64,000 nucleotides of DNA from an uncultured virus (IMG/VR IMGVR_UViG_3300033153_007854) (taxonomy: Duplodnaviria; Heunggongvirae; Uroviricota; Caudoviricetes), in IMG/VR virus record IMGVR_UViG_3300033153_007854; one strand, written 5' to 3'. Under the pieces are notes generated by a model that saw nothing but the letters and a program-made list of their open reading frames with translations, had not been told where the DNA came from and made no database searches. Of the stretch, positions 27,005-35,945 are shown one piece after another. The first letter of the stretch is position 1. Every line of letters starts with the position of its first letter. The translations under genes were made by a program, and so were the position numbers.

Positions 27005-29080
27005 TTATGCGAAATGTATCTTTCTGTTCTTACCTTGGCCGGAGAACCATAGTTCGCCCTTATCACTCAGCCTGTTGATGTCTATAGTCGTGGTGTGTTC
27101 ATCGAATCCGTGATTGTCCATCTCGGCAAATATGTCTGTCTCAAGGGCTCCATGCTTATCCTCACTGTTTTCTATTATGGTCCTGATGACCTTGTAGAGC
27201 AATTCGATTCTCTGTCGCTGTGACTTTGGAATTCCTGTGGAGATTACATCTATGTCAAGACCCCCCTCGGTCTGTATTATGGCCGATAGGAATTCCGCAT
27301 AGATTCTTATTGCCCGTTCAGCATCCGCAATATCCACAGATTTACTTAAACGTGACCTCGCACTTGACTCGGAGAGCCTTACAAGAGCTTCAAGTTGCCT
27401 GGCTGTGATGCCGATTGGATGCTGTTCTGCCTGGTCCTGGGCATATGATTGCTGTCTGATGCCAATGTAATACTGATGGATGAGTTCTGAGGCTTCTGGA
27501 GTCAGATGAGGATTCAATCTCTTGGCGTATGCGATATACTTCTGGATGAATTCTACTGGATACTGGGGTTTGCTTGGGGACTCTGGGTTGTCCCAATTGG
27601 AGTGAGCGTTCAGGATGTGATTGGCGATGTCCGAGTCCGCCTGGGATTTCGGGATGTCCCTCATGATGAATATCAGGTCGAACCTCGATAGGAGTGTCGG
27701 AGATAGATTTATCTGCTCGGTTATGCTGGTGTAGTCTTCAAATCGCCCCAGTTTGGGGTTCGCCGCCGCAAGGATGGCACACCTCGACGGTAGGGTGATG
27801 TGAATATCGGCTTTATTGAGTTCCACTATCTGTTGTTCCATGGCCGTGTGGATTGCGGAACGGTCCTCCTTGCTCATCTTATCGAACTCGTCAATCACAG
27901 CGAGGCCGTTATCAGCGAGAACGACAAGTCCTGCCTCTGCCACCCAATTGCCATCATCATCCTTGACAACGCTTGCGGTCAATCCCACGCCTGATGCGGT
28001 CTTACCCGACCCCGCCTTGGCCCGAGGTGAGATTTCGGCTGTATATCGAAGTAGCTGAGACTTGGCAACGCCTGGGTCGCCCATGAGCAATAAGTGACTG
28101 TCGCCCCGTACCCGGACCTTATCGGGCATTAGCTTGCGAATCCCGCCGAATAGCTGGAGGGCTATCGCCTGTTTGATGATGTGGTGTCCGAAAATGGTTG
28201 GGGCGAGGGCGTTCACGACCTTCTCGAAGGGATTACCAATCTCGGCGAATTCCTTTATCTCTAATTCATCCTCTTCTGTAATCTCAATATCGCTGTAGGT
28301 TGTATCCTCTACGATAATGTTGTTGACCTCGATGTAGATGTCGAGGAGGGTGTTGATTTGTCCTGTGTTGGACTTTATCTTGGGCTTGATTATTCCAGTT
28401 ATTGTGGCTGTTCTGCCGGGATATATAATTCCGGCGAGGTCGTTTATGATTTTAACAGGTATTGATTGTGGCGGGCCGTCAGGAGAACTCTCAGGCAATT
28501 CTTGGATGTGGAACTTCTGGGAGTCCATGTATACTGATGTTTCCGGTATGAACTTGAACTTTGTGGAACTTGCACTTCTTCCGCAACCGCCCCGGTCTTT
28601 ATCACATTCCAGAGGGGGAGCCATCACCATACTATCTTGTTCCTCATCGAATTGACTTCTACAGCGTAGACATTCATAACGGGCGAATATAGTTTCGGGA
28701 CGAACAGCAGTTACCTTCTTGACCAATCCCCGGATGGTGACCATCTTCCCCATGTGCTTTGCACGAATTTCCCGAATGTTAATCATTGTCTTTTCCGGTA
28801 CGTTAATCAATCTAATTGATAGAGGTACATTGCTCTCAGGGGGAACCAAGTCGCAGATGGCTTCTTCACCCGCCTTTATCGCCCTTTTCGGATACTCCAG
28901 AAGGTAGTTCATCAATTCCGTGTCGAATATGTTCAGGTCATCATAATTTACATGGATGGCCCTTGAATCTGGGAACTGGTCAGCATTGATAGTTATGCTA
29001 TTACCATACCCATATCCATTGAAGAACTCCAACCATTTCTGTTTCAATGCTTCTGGATTCGTGTCCAACAATTCAGTCAC
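27005..29080 (-). CDS. mcm: MCM replicative helicase
   Basis: Zn finger CLRC..C..C, Walker A GDPGVAKSQ, Walker B IDEFDKM, AAANP, arginine finger SRFD, ITARQLE, C-terminal wHTH; 691 aa, no intein. Confidence 0.97.
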   Translation of the reverse strand: MTELLDTNPEALKQKWLEFFNGYGYGNSITINADQFPDSRAIHVNYDDLNIFDTELMNYLLEYPKRAIKAGEEAICDLVPPESNVPLSIRLINVPEKTMINIREIRAKHMGKMVTIRGLVKKVTAVRPETIFARYECLRCRSQFDEEQDSMVMAPPLECDKDRGGCGRSASSTKFKFIPETSVYMDSQKFHIQELPESSPDGPPQSIPVKIINDLAGIIYPGRTATITGIIKPKIKSNTGQINTLLDIYIEVNNIIVEDTTYSDIEITEEDELEIKEFAEIGNPFEKVVNALAPTIFGHHIIKQAIALQLFGGIRKLMPDKVRVRGDSHLLLMGDPGVAKSQLLRYTAEISPRAKAGSGKTASGVGLTASVVKDDDGNWVAEAGLVVLADNGLAVIDEFDKMSKEDRSAIHTAMEQQIVELNKADIHITLPSRCAILAAANPKLGRFEDYTSITEQINLSPTLLSRFDLIFIMRDIPKSQADSDIANHILNAHSNWDNPESPSKPQYPVEFIQKYIAYAKRLNPHLTPEASELIHQYYIGIRQQSYAQDQAEQHPIGITARQLEALVRLSESSARSRLSKSVDIADAERAIRIYAEFLSAIIQTEGGLDIDVISTGIPKSQRQRIELLYKVIRTIIENSEDKHGALETDIFAEMDNHGFDEHTTTIDINRLSDKGELWFSGQGKNRKIHFA

Positions 29081-29642
29081 CTTCTTGGTACTCTAGGAGA
29101 TATTGGTCCCCGTCAATTGTTCTCTGGAACATCTTCACACTTCTTTTTGAGGAGCCCCGTCGCCCAATTGTTGATTCTGCGGCCAATTCTACATAGCCTA
29201 TGTCAGCCAACTGTCTGAGAAGCATGGATGCCCTACCTCTATGAAGCCGTGTCTTTTGTGATATGCTTTTGATGTCCATCTGGTTCCGCCCAAGTGTTCT
29301 CAGGATTGTTATCATGACCTCGGAAGTTATCAGGCTGTTTCCGTTCGAGGATGCGGAAACTGTAGTTACCTGGGCTATCAATTTCGCCCCCCTGTATATC
29401 TTGTTCTTCTTGAGGCGTAAAGACCTGATAGGGTAATATTGGCATTCCTCTTTCGGTTTTGTCTCGACGGTGAGTAATCCTATACTCTTGAGCTTCAATG
29501 CTGATTGAGAGACATAGTAGTAGCTCTTGGATATGTGATTGCATATCTTGGTCAGTGTGCTACCTGGAAAAAGTATTACGGCCCAAAGTACCTCAGTGTC
29601 TATTGCCTTCAATTCAATTGTTTTTTTCTTTGGGCCGCCCAT
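29073..29642 (-). CDS. Tandem winged-HTH DNA-binding protein
   Basis: Two MarR/ArsR-like HTH-wing repeats. Confidence 0.7.
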   Translation of the reverse strand: MGGPKKKTIELKAIDTEVLWAVILFPGSTLTKICNHISKSYYYVSQSALKLKSIGLLTVETKPKEECQYYPIRSLRLKKNKIYRGAKLIAQVTTVSASSNGNSLITSEVMITILRTLGRNQMDIKSISQKTRLHRGRASMLLRQLADIGYVELAAESTIGRRGSSKRSVKMFQRTIDGDQYLLEYQEGD

Positions 29643-29648
29643 CCAATA

Positions 29649-31196
29649 TCACCCTACCGTTGTAATTAATGGTTCCATCCCTTTCGGCAGGGGTTTAGCG
29701 GGTGTTTTACCTACCCACTTGGGTTCTCCCTTTCCTTCCAGCACAGCTTTTTGAAACATCTTCTTGATGCTGTTTGGTTTCTTATCCTGTTTATAGAATG
29801 CTACTTCCTTCTTCGCTGGCTTGAGAATGATGTTGAAGTATCCATGTGAATATAGAGTATATAATGCCACTTTACCATTTATATCCTGTTGTTTGTATAC
29901 CTTGGCTGGCCATGATTTGGGGTCCATCTTTGACTGGAACTGATGAAGTTTGCTAATTGTCTTTGAATTGGATTGTTGTACTTGTGAGATAAGATTTTTC
30001 ATTGTCACTATTATTTCCGAGTATTTCAGATTTTTCGCACCCACATAATCTGCAACCTTGTTTATAATTGTTACCATTTCATCGCCGGATTGTGGGGGCT
30101 GGTTATCTGCTTTGGTCATGTTTATTGACAGGAGTTTCTTTTCGATTAATACGGTCATTGCTATTTGACCGTAGAAATCCATGCCCCAGAATATTTTATG
30201 AAGAGGTTTTCCTTTAACGAGGGTTTTCTTGAGTTTGTCATGTTTATTGAGCAGTTTTAATAGGTATTCGGGGATGTCAGTGTTCTTATTATAGTTCAGT
30301 TGTGTCATCTCAAAAAGAATTGAGATGATGTGTTCGTAATCTACATCATGCTTAATTTCGATTTCCAATTTTGAGGTTGTTTTATTTAGTACCTCAGATA
30401 GTTCATCGAATGTTGGTTTATCAGAGTTTTTAAATTGTAGATTTAAATTATATGTCAGTGCTTTAATATAGTTCTTTTCGGAATTGGTCATTTTATCCCC
30501 ATCCCATGGTTTGGGTTTCTTTTTCGGGATGTCGAATTTGTAGTGCCCTTTCTTGTGGATACAGTATAAGAGGGCTTTCTGGTATTCGCTGTTACTCTCA
30601 AAGAGTGAGTATTCAGCGGCGGATGATGGGATGCTGTCTATGAATGCATCAATTTCCTCTTTCTCGTTCTTGAGGGCCATTTTTGCATGGAGTAGGAGAC
30701 TGGACTTGTCTTTATTCTTGAGTGCAATAGATAGGTCGGTGCATATAGCGTTCAAGATAAACGCTTGACCACTTATATTATTCATCGTTGATTCAATTTG
30801 TTCTGGGAGCGTTTTAACTGCTGAGTTGGACTGATTATGATGATTATATCCTGGTTCTGGGTGATGTTTCTTTAAAATAATTTTCTTCTTTTTCGTAGCT
30901 GGCTTGTGCTGTTTGGCGACCTTGGCTATGTCCTTTTTAAGTGTTGTATACTTCTTTTTTGGTTTTAGTTTGGATTGTTCCTTGTTTAATAATCCATTCT
31001 TCTGTAGCCAGCGCAATGTCTTCAAGGCCCAGTTATACTTGCCATTCATGATGTGGTTCTTTATTATGGCCTGGTATCCTGGTGGGGCTTGACCTAGTAG
31101 GTCTATGTATGTCGCCGGAAATGTTAATACCAAATGCTTGAACTTCTCTACATCGTCCTTCGACACGACTGTTGATTTGATGCTGGTCTTGTTCAT
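29649..31196 (-). CDS. Lys-rich hypothetical protein (AT-rich gene)
   Basis: 515 aa ORF overlapping the thioredoxin stop. Confidence 0.7.
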   Translation of the reverse strand: MNKTSIKSTVVSKDDVEKFKHLVLTFPATYIDLLGQAPPGYQAIIKNHIMNGKYNWALKTLRWLQKNGLLNKEQSKLKPKKKYTTLKKDIAKVAKQHKPATKKKKIILKKHHPEPGYNHHNQSNSAVKTLPEQIESTMNNISGQAFILNAICTDLSIALKNKDKSSLLLHAKMALKNEKEEIDAFIDSIPSSAAEYSLFESNSEYQKALLYCIHKKGHYKFDIPKKKPKPWDGDKMTNSEKNYIKALTYNLNLQFKNSDKPTFDELSEVLNKTTSKLEIEIKHDVDYEHIISILFEMTQLNYNKNTDIPEYLLKLLNKHDKLKKTLVKGKPLHKIFWGMDFYGQIAMTVLIEKKLLSINMTKADNQPPQSGDEMVTIINKVADYVGAKNLKYSEIIVTMKNLISQVQQSNSKTISKLHQFQSKMDPKSWPAKVYKQQDINGKVALYTLYSHGYFNIILKPAKKEVAFYKQDKKPNSIKKMFQKAVLEGKGEPKWVGKTPAKPLPKGMEPLITTVG

Positions 31197-31507
31197 CCTA
31201 ATTTCCTCGATATGTACTTGGAGAGCTTCTGAGCGGACATTGCCCCCATCTTTGAGTCTTTCTTCTCACCGGATAGGAATATGACCGTGGTTGGAACTGT
31301 ATGGACCTTGTGCTTGTCTGCTGGCTTTGGGACTTTCTCTATGTTGACGTATATGAAAATTACGTCTGGATGGTTCGCCTCGACCTTTGGTAATATCATC
31401 TTGTATGTTTGGCATGGGCCACAATCTGGATGACTGAATATGGCGACGACCTTTTTATTGTTCTTTAACGTATCGTTGAACTGTGTACTGTCCTTAATCA
31501 TAATCAT
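31193..31507 (-). CDS. trxA: Thioredoxin
   Basis: DCGPC active site, TVPT cis-Pro, GAMS; about 104 aa. Confidence 0.85.
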   Translation of the reverse strand: MIMIKDSTQFNDTLKNNKKVVAIFSHPDCGPCQTYKMILPKVEANHPDVIFIYVNIEKVPKPADKHKVHTVPTTVIFLSGEKKDSKMGAMSAQKLSKYISRKLG

Positions 31508-31550
31508 AATGCTCACCAGGGTCCATCAATACCACTATAATGCCTGGGGC

Positions 31551-31566
31551 TTTAAATACATTATGG
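31551..31566 (-). promoter_or_regulatory. Class I promoter for the trx-wHTH-MCM operon
   Basis: CCATAATG-TATTTAAA followed by GCCCC. Confidence 0.55.
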
Positions 31567-31630
31567 GAAAAGGAGGAACCGACGGCAAATCGGAATTTGA
31601 TGAACCCTGACACCTTCGGTTCCGTTCCCA
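31564..31630 (-). ncRNA. Putative ~67-nt structured small RNA from a class II promoter
   Basis: Arms TGGGAA/TTCCCA, GGAACCGA/TCGGTTCC and CAAAT/ATTTG; begins about 22 nt after the TATA of a promoter copy with no ORF. Confidence 0.55.
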
Positions 31631-31651
31631 GTAGTCAAGATGATTTGGCTA

Positions 31652-31673
31652 TATAAATACGTTTGTAATCAAT
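31652..31673 (-). promoter_or_regulatory. Class II conserved promoter (ATTGATTACAAACGTATTTATA)
   Basis: 22-bp copy with no adjacent start codon. Confidence 0.8.
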
Positions 31674-32028
31674 TGCTCATGATTCTGAGCCCGTGCTTCC
31701 TTTCCTCGCCCAAATAGCCCATTTTCTCCCAAAATCCTTCTGCCTCGGGCTCGGCTGAGATGAGGAACTTTTTGCATCCTTGTTTTCGTCCTTCTTTCTC
31801 TACCGCCCGAACGAGAACCGTCCCTTTTCCGGCTCCCCTCACAGATTTGGCAATTTCTGTAAATCCGATGTGGCATACTCCGCTGCCGATTGGAATGAGT
31901 TCAGAGGCCCCGACGATTTCTCCGTCACATATGAGTGCGAGAGTTCCACCGCCGTCCTGCCGTATCTGTTTGAAATACTTGAATGATTTCAACTGGTCGG
32001 CTGAGGGTCTGATAAGCTTGCACATCAT
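31669..32028 (-). CDS. GNAT-family acetyltransferase
   Basis: IAKSVRGAGKGTVLV (motif A), AEGFWEKMGY (motif B). Confidence 0.85.
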   Translation of the reverse strand: MMCKLIRPSADQLKSFKYFKQIRQDGGGTLALICDGEIVGASELIPIGSGVCHIGFTEIAKSVRGAGKGTVLVRAVEKEGRKQGCKKFLISAEPEAEGFWEKMGYLGEERKHGLRIMSN

Positions 32029-32213
32029 ATCGGTAACCACCCCCAGTAGTATTGAGTAGCGATGAGGAGAATGACGCCGACTGTGATTGCCACCCCAGCG
32101 ACTATCATTCGTATGCCGCTTCTACGCTCTCGTTCGTACTCGGCTATTATCTTCCGTCGTCGGCCAAGCAATGCGGCATCTCTATGTCGTTCTGTATCAC
32201 CGGGCCATGGCAT
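32025..32213 (-). CDS. Small C-terminally anchored membrane protein
   Basis: Basic N-terminus plus one TM. Confidence 0.55.
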   Translation of the reverse strand: MPWPGDTERHRDAALLGRRRKIIAEYERERRSGIRMIVAGVAITVGVILLIATQYYWGWLPI

Positions 32214-32214
32214 C

Positions 32215-32490
32215 CTAGCATATCTCCTTCATCTTTCTATATGAGATAATGAACTTATAGATTTTATAGATTGCGATTGCGATTGATAGGATGAGGAGCA
32301 AAGTAGTTACGGTTCCCCGGAAATCTGAAAAGTCTATGAGTGGCCACCCAAGGACGTATTTGACGACCAACTTGAAGCCTATGATGAACCATGCGAATAT
32401 CATGGAGAGGCTTAGAAGAACAGTCTTGGCTATCGCTATGCCCGAGCACCGACTATACATCTGCTGTTGGATGAATTGGCGGGTGTTCAT
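32215..32490 (-). CDS. Small two-TM membrane protein
   Basis: Two hydrophobic helices. Confidence 0.6.
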   Translation of the reverse strand: MNTRQFIQQQMYSRCSGIAIAKTVLLSLSMIFAWFIIGFKLVVKYVLGWPLIDFSDFRGTVTTLLLILSIAIAIYKIYKFIISYRKMKEIC

Positions 32491-32735
32491 TTCTTACCCC
32501 TCTTCTTTTTCTTCGGCTTCTTCGGCTTCTTACCATTCTGGATACTCTCGGTGATGGGGGGCTCTAAACATGGGCAGAAGCCGGATTCCTGAAGGAGAGC
32601 TTTGCGGTCTTTCGCATTCATCCTGAGCCAAGCAATCTTACATTCGTCAGAGCCGTCACATTTCATCATCTTCTTGGCTTCCTTCTCGAACAGCCGTGAG
32701 CCGCCGTATATCTTGTCAAACTTGTCCTTTCCCAT
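32487..32735 (-). CDS. Small basic protein with Cys pairs
   Basis: 82 aa with a Lys-rich tail. Confidence 0.55.
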   Translation of the reverse strand: MGKDKFDKIYGGSRLFEKEAKKMMKCDGSDECKIAWLRMNAKDRKALLQESGFCPCLEPPITESIQNGKKPKKPKKKKRGKK

Positions 32736-32805
32736 CTATATACTCTCCTACGGTTTTGGAACTCCAGGTATGCAAGCGCAGGTCTTTGGCATACTGTTTT
32801 TATCG

Positions 32806-35800
32806 TCAATCTGATTTTCCAGAGCTACGATTTCCATCTTTCTCTCTCCTTTTTCGTGTTATCCCAAATGTTATCACGATTGCCATCATCGGGATAATGA
32901 TGTCGCTGAATGCTGGCATATCCGCATTTGTATATCCGGGTGTTTCATAGTTCGAATGGACCCCGAACGAGTCTGCATTTGATACACCCCAGTCCGTTGA
33001 TGATTGGTCGCTTTCTGAGCTGAACGCATCCAACCCGAGGGATTCTCCTTCGGATATATAGCCATTGGTGATTATATAATCATCGTCGTCCCATAACGCA
33101 TAGCATTCGGCCCATCTATCGTTGAATCCGGCTGTCCCGTTCCAGAATATCGCATCTTCCGGTTCGAATGAGCCAGGACATATCAGATAGGCCCCATCCC
33201 TTCCTGTGGCATTCCACATGGTCGTTGACGTAGTTGTGGTAACATAATGATAGCAAGAATATGGGCGATAGTCTGGAGTGGCATAATCGGACGTTCTGAT
33301 TGTCACCGCATTATTCGCATCCCCATATCCCCTTGAGGTATTTATCATAAGACCATTTCTTGCAGAGCCGTCGGCCCAGTCTTGCATGATTTCGATAATA
33401 TCATATTGGATGTGATTATATTTGAAGTTCAATGAGTCATCAATGGTCCTGATTTCGAAGTCTACCTCATTTGTCGTGGAGTAATCAGCGGCCCCGATTC
33501 CTTCTGAGGACCATTGATTTGTGCCATCATAAGTGTACCATGTGGCCCCATCCGAGTTGTTTGTCCCTGAGCCAGTGCCTTCCTCCCAGTGTTGGACCAT
33601 TCGGCGAATTGTATAATTTGGATATGAGACTGAGTTCTCGGCAAAGTTGAAGGCCCCATCGGTGATATATACCCCGAGTTCACCTTCGAGGACCGTGGCT
33701 CCTGAAGGTATATTGTCATAGATGTCGAAGTTTATCAGAACGTTGGAGTTCCATCCTCCACCCATTACGAATGCGTCTGTGGCTCCATAATTATCATCTT
33801 CGTAACCACCACTATCCGTACTCACAATTCTTGTATCATTACCCGTGGTGCTATCGGGCTGTGCAAATTGAAGACCGCCTTCATATACCTGGGCATATTG
33901 ATGCTTTGTCGAATTGGTCCCTGACGCACTCAGATGTATGGCTTTGTATTCGCCTGGGTCTATCGTTCCCGAGAGAAACGCATATTTCGTTCTGTTGGCA
34001 TTCGTGATTGCATAGCTGTTCAGTGCGGTTCCGTCACCGAGCGTTATTGTATATGTGGTCGGATTATATATCTCGACCCATTGGTTGGATGCCTCGGCTC
34101 CTGTTGGATTATACATTAGCTCGTTGATTTTTATCGTATCATTGTGGATATAATAAATGAGGTCGAGCTGAATGTAATCCCACATAACTGACGGGTCCGG
34201 GGACGCCGCCGCATCATTGTGGTAGTAGAACGTCAGGTTGCTAAGGTCGTCGAGTGTCCATGTATTCCGCATGGATGTGATATTGCTTGATTCCGTCATG
34301 AGGAGAAGGTCTGGGCTTGTTTCATAAGGTTGGATTGTTGTATTTAGCCAGGTCTTGTCTCCAGTTTCGTTCCTTACCCAGAGTGCGTTATTGCCATTGA
34401 ATTTATTCTCGCAGGCCCATTCTGCGGTGACGTTGACGGATACGATGGTGAGATTCGTGTGTAATCTATACAATAGCTGTCTGAAGAGGATGAGGTCGCC
34501 CACCATGAATTCCTCACCTTCATTGCAGGTCCAATACACAGCATCGTCATATCGTGTATCAAGTATACCAGTGTCTAAGCAAGTCTCGTTGAATACGCCT
34601 GTAAACAAGAATGAGTCTCGCTTTTCTCCACCATCTTCTGCCCTCGTGCTGGTTTCCAGAGGTGCGTTCCAGGTAGTTATTGTTCCAATTCCAAGATTGC
34701 CTTCATAACGGACACGACGCAGTAATCCGTTTGACTCGAATCTTATTTCATATGCCGAAATCTTGATGAATCCGTGTTGTTCGCTAGTGGGTATGATTTC
34801 GCCTTCATGAATGATGTAGTTGTAATCGGATATTCGTCCCGATATATTTAATCGCTGATAATTATAATCTGGTTGATATTGGATGATTGGATTTGAAGCT
34901 GTCGTAGGTGGCTCATTTTCTGATACCATGGTCTGTTCTTCATGTGAAGAGGTGTTTTCCCGAATCTGTGGTTGAGGTTCTATGTAGTCAACGAATTCGA
35001 TTCGAGGGGATGTTGGTGTTATGTTAAGTGTAGCACGATATGACCCGTCCACTATGTCCAACTCTTGGAATACGCCCTTTGTCTGGTCTATGAGTGGCAT
35101 CTTCATTCCACCAATGCTTGTACCAATCTCAAGATGTTTTTCAGCATCATATTCCATCCATTTCCCAGAGCCGAAGAACGATGCCTTCTCCTGATGATGC
35201 CCGTTCGGTCCTTGATAGATGTTTGTGATAAGTGCTTTCATCTCATCCTTTTCATAGTAATGGGGATATAAATCCGTTGGGTTAATCAATATGACAAGCT
35301 TGCCTTCGATGAGCTTTGAATTGTCCTCGGTGAAATCGTTGATATGGTCTGGATTGCTGTGGTCATCCCAACCGCCCCAGTCATATATATCAGATGAATG
35401 ACTATAAACCTTCGGATTGTTGTACGTTCGTTCGCTGACGGCAATATCTATCATGTTTGAGGCATTGATTGGAGCTATCCTGTATGGCGTTGGATAGTCT
35501 GGAATTTCCAAGAATATACGGATTCCGGCCCGTCCAATGTATTTGGACTCGTTGATTTCCATGATAATGGCGATGTTCCTGTCGTTTAAATATACACCCA
35601 CCTCACCATCGTCTAAATACATGGCATTGTCATACGCTTCCTGGTGGTAGTCCACGTTAGGTGGTTCCACATTAATTATTGATAGGGGTAGAATGAGGAC
35701 ACCGATGAGTAAAATACAGGCTGTGATTGCGGTGGCAAAGATGGGGACCAATGGTTTCTTCTCGACAAAGCGTTGTGGCATCTCAGTGCCATTCCCATTG

Positions 35801-35925
35801 GTGAGGCCATTCCCATTGGTGAGGCCATTCCCATTGGTGAGGCCATTCCCATTGGTGAGGCCATTCCCGTTCGTTAGACCATTCCCATTGGTGAGGCCAT
35901 GTTTAGGTTCGCCATTCCTTTCCAT
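32806..35925 (-). CDS. Large surface glycoprotein: GLTNGN repeats, N-terminal TM, lamin-tail domain, DNRLRE-like domain, PEF-CTERM-like tail
   Basis: IKINELMYNP...WVEIYNP (LTD); DNYG...LINFD..IPSGA...WEEG...ATW; ends MPAFSDII-TM-RKRR; many N-x-S/T sequons. Confidence 0.8.
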   Translation of the reverse strand: MERNGEPKHGLTNGNGLTNGNGLTNGNGLTNGNGLTNGNGLTNGNGTEMPQRFVEKKPLVPIFATAITACILLIGVLILPLSIINVEPPNVDYHQEAYDNAMYLDDGEVGVYLNDRNIAIIMEINESKYIGRAGIRIFLEIPDYPTPYRIAPINASNMIDIAVSERTYNNPKVYSHSSDIYDWGGWDDHSNPDHINDFTEDNSKLIEGKLVILINPTDLYPHYYEKDEMKALITNIYQGPNGHHQEKASFFGSGKWMEYDAEKHLEIGTSIGGMKMPLIDQTKGVFQELDIVDGSYRATLNITPTSPRIEFVDYIEPQPQIRENTSSHEEQTMVSENEPPTTASNPIIQYQPDYNYQRLNISGRISDYNYIIHEGEIIPTSEQHGFIKISAYEIRFESNGLLRRVRYEGNLGIGTITTWNAPLETSTRAEDGGEKRDSFLFTGVFNETCLDTGILDTRYDDAVYWTCNEGEEFMVGDLILFRQLLYRLHTNLTIVSVNVTAEWACENKFNGNNALWVRNETGDKTWLNTTIQPYETSPDLLLMTESSNITSMRNTWTLDDLSNLTFYYHNDAAASPDPSVMWDYIQLDLIYYIHNDTIKINELMYNPTGAEASNQWVEIYNPTTYTITLGDGTALNSYAITNANRTKYAFLSGTIDPGEYKAIHLSASGTNSTKHQYAQVYEGGLQFAQPDSTTGNDTRIVSTDSGGYEDDNYGATDAFVMGGGWNSNVLINFDIYDNIPSGATVLEGELGVYITDGAFNFAENSVSYPNYTIRRMVQHWEEGTGSGTNNSDGATWYTYDGTNQWSSEGIGAADYSTTNEVDFEIRTIDDSLNFKYNHIQYDIIEIMQDWADGSARNGLMINTSRGYGDANNAVTIRTSDYATPDYRPYSCYHYVTTTTSTTMWNATGRDGAYLICPGSFEPEDAIFWNGTAGFNDRWAECYALWDDDDYIITNGYISEGESLGLDAFSSESDQSSTDWGVSNADSFGVHSNYETPGYTNADMPAFSDIIIPMMAIVITFGITRKRREKDGNRSSGKSD
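35788..35900. repeat. 18-bp tandem repeat (GCCATTCCCATTGGTGAG), about 6 units, encoding GLTNGN
   Basis: Four identical units at 35788-35859 plus two variants. Confidence 0.9.
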
Positions 35926-35945
35926 ATTTCCACACCAGACTCAGT

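Noticed and set aside
27005..29080. Intein in MCM
   Set aside because: Length and motif spacing are normal, with no insertion at Walker A or other usual sites.
31564..31630. Small RNA as a tRNA (ends in CCA) or a C/D-box RNA (plus-strand TGATGA-ACC-CTGA)
   Set aside because: There is no cloverleaf or T-loop; the box-like words are on the strand opposite the promoter, with no guide region or flanking stem.
35788..35900. 18-bp repeats as a CRISPR array or iterons
   Set aside because: They are head-to-tail with no spacers, in frame within a CDS, and mirrored at peptide level in the paralogue.
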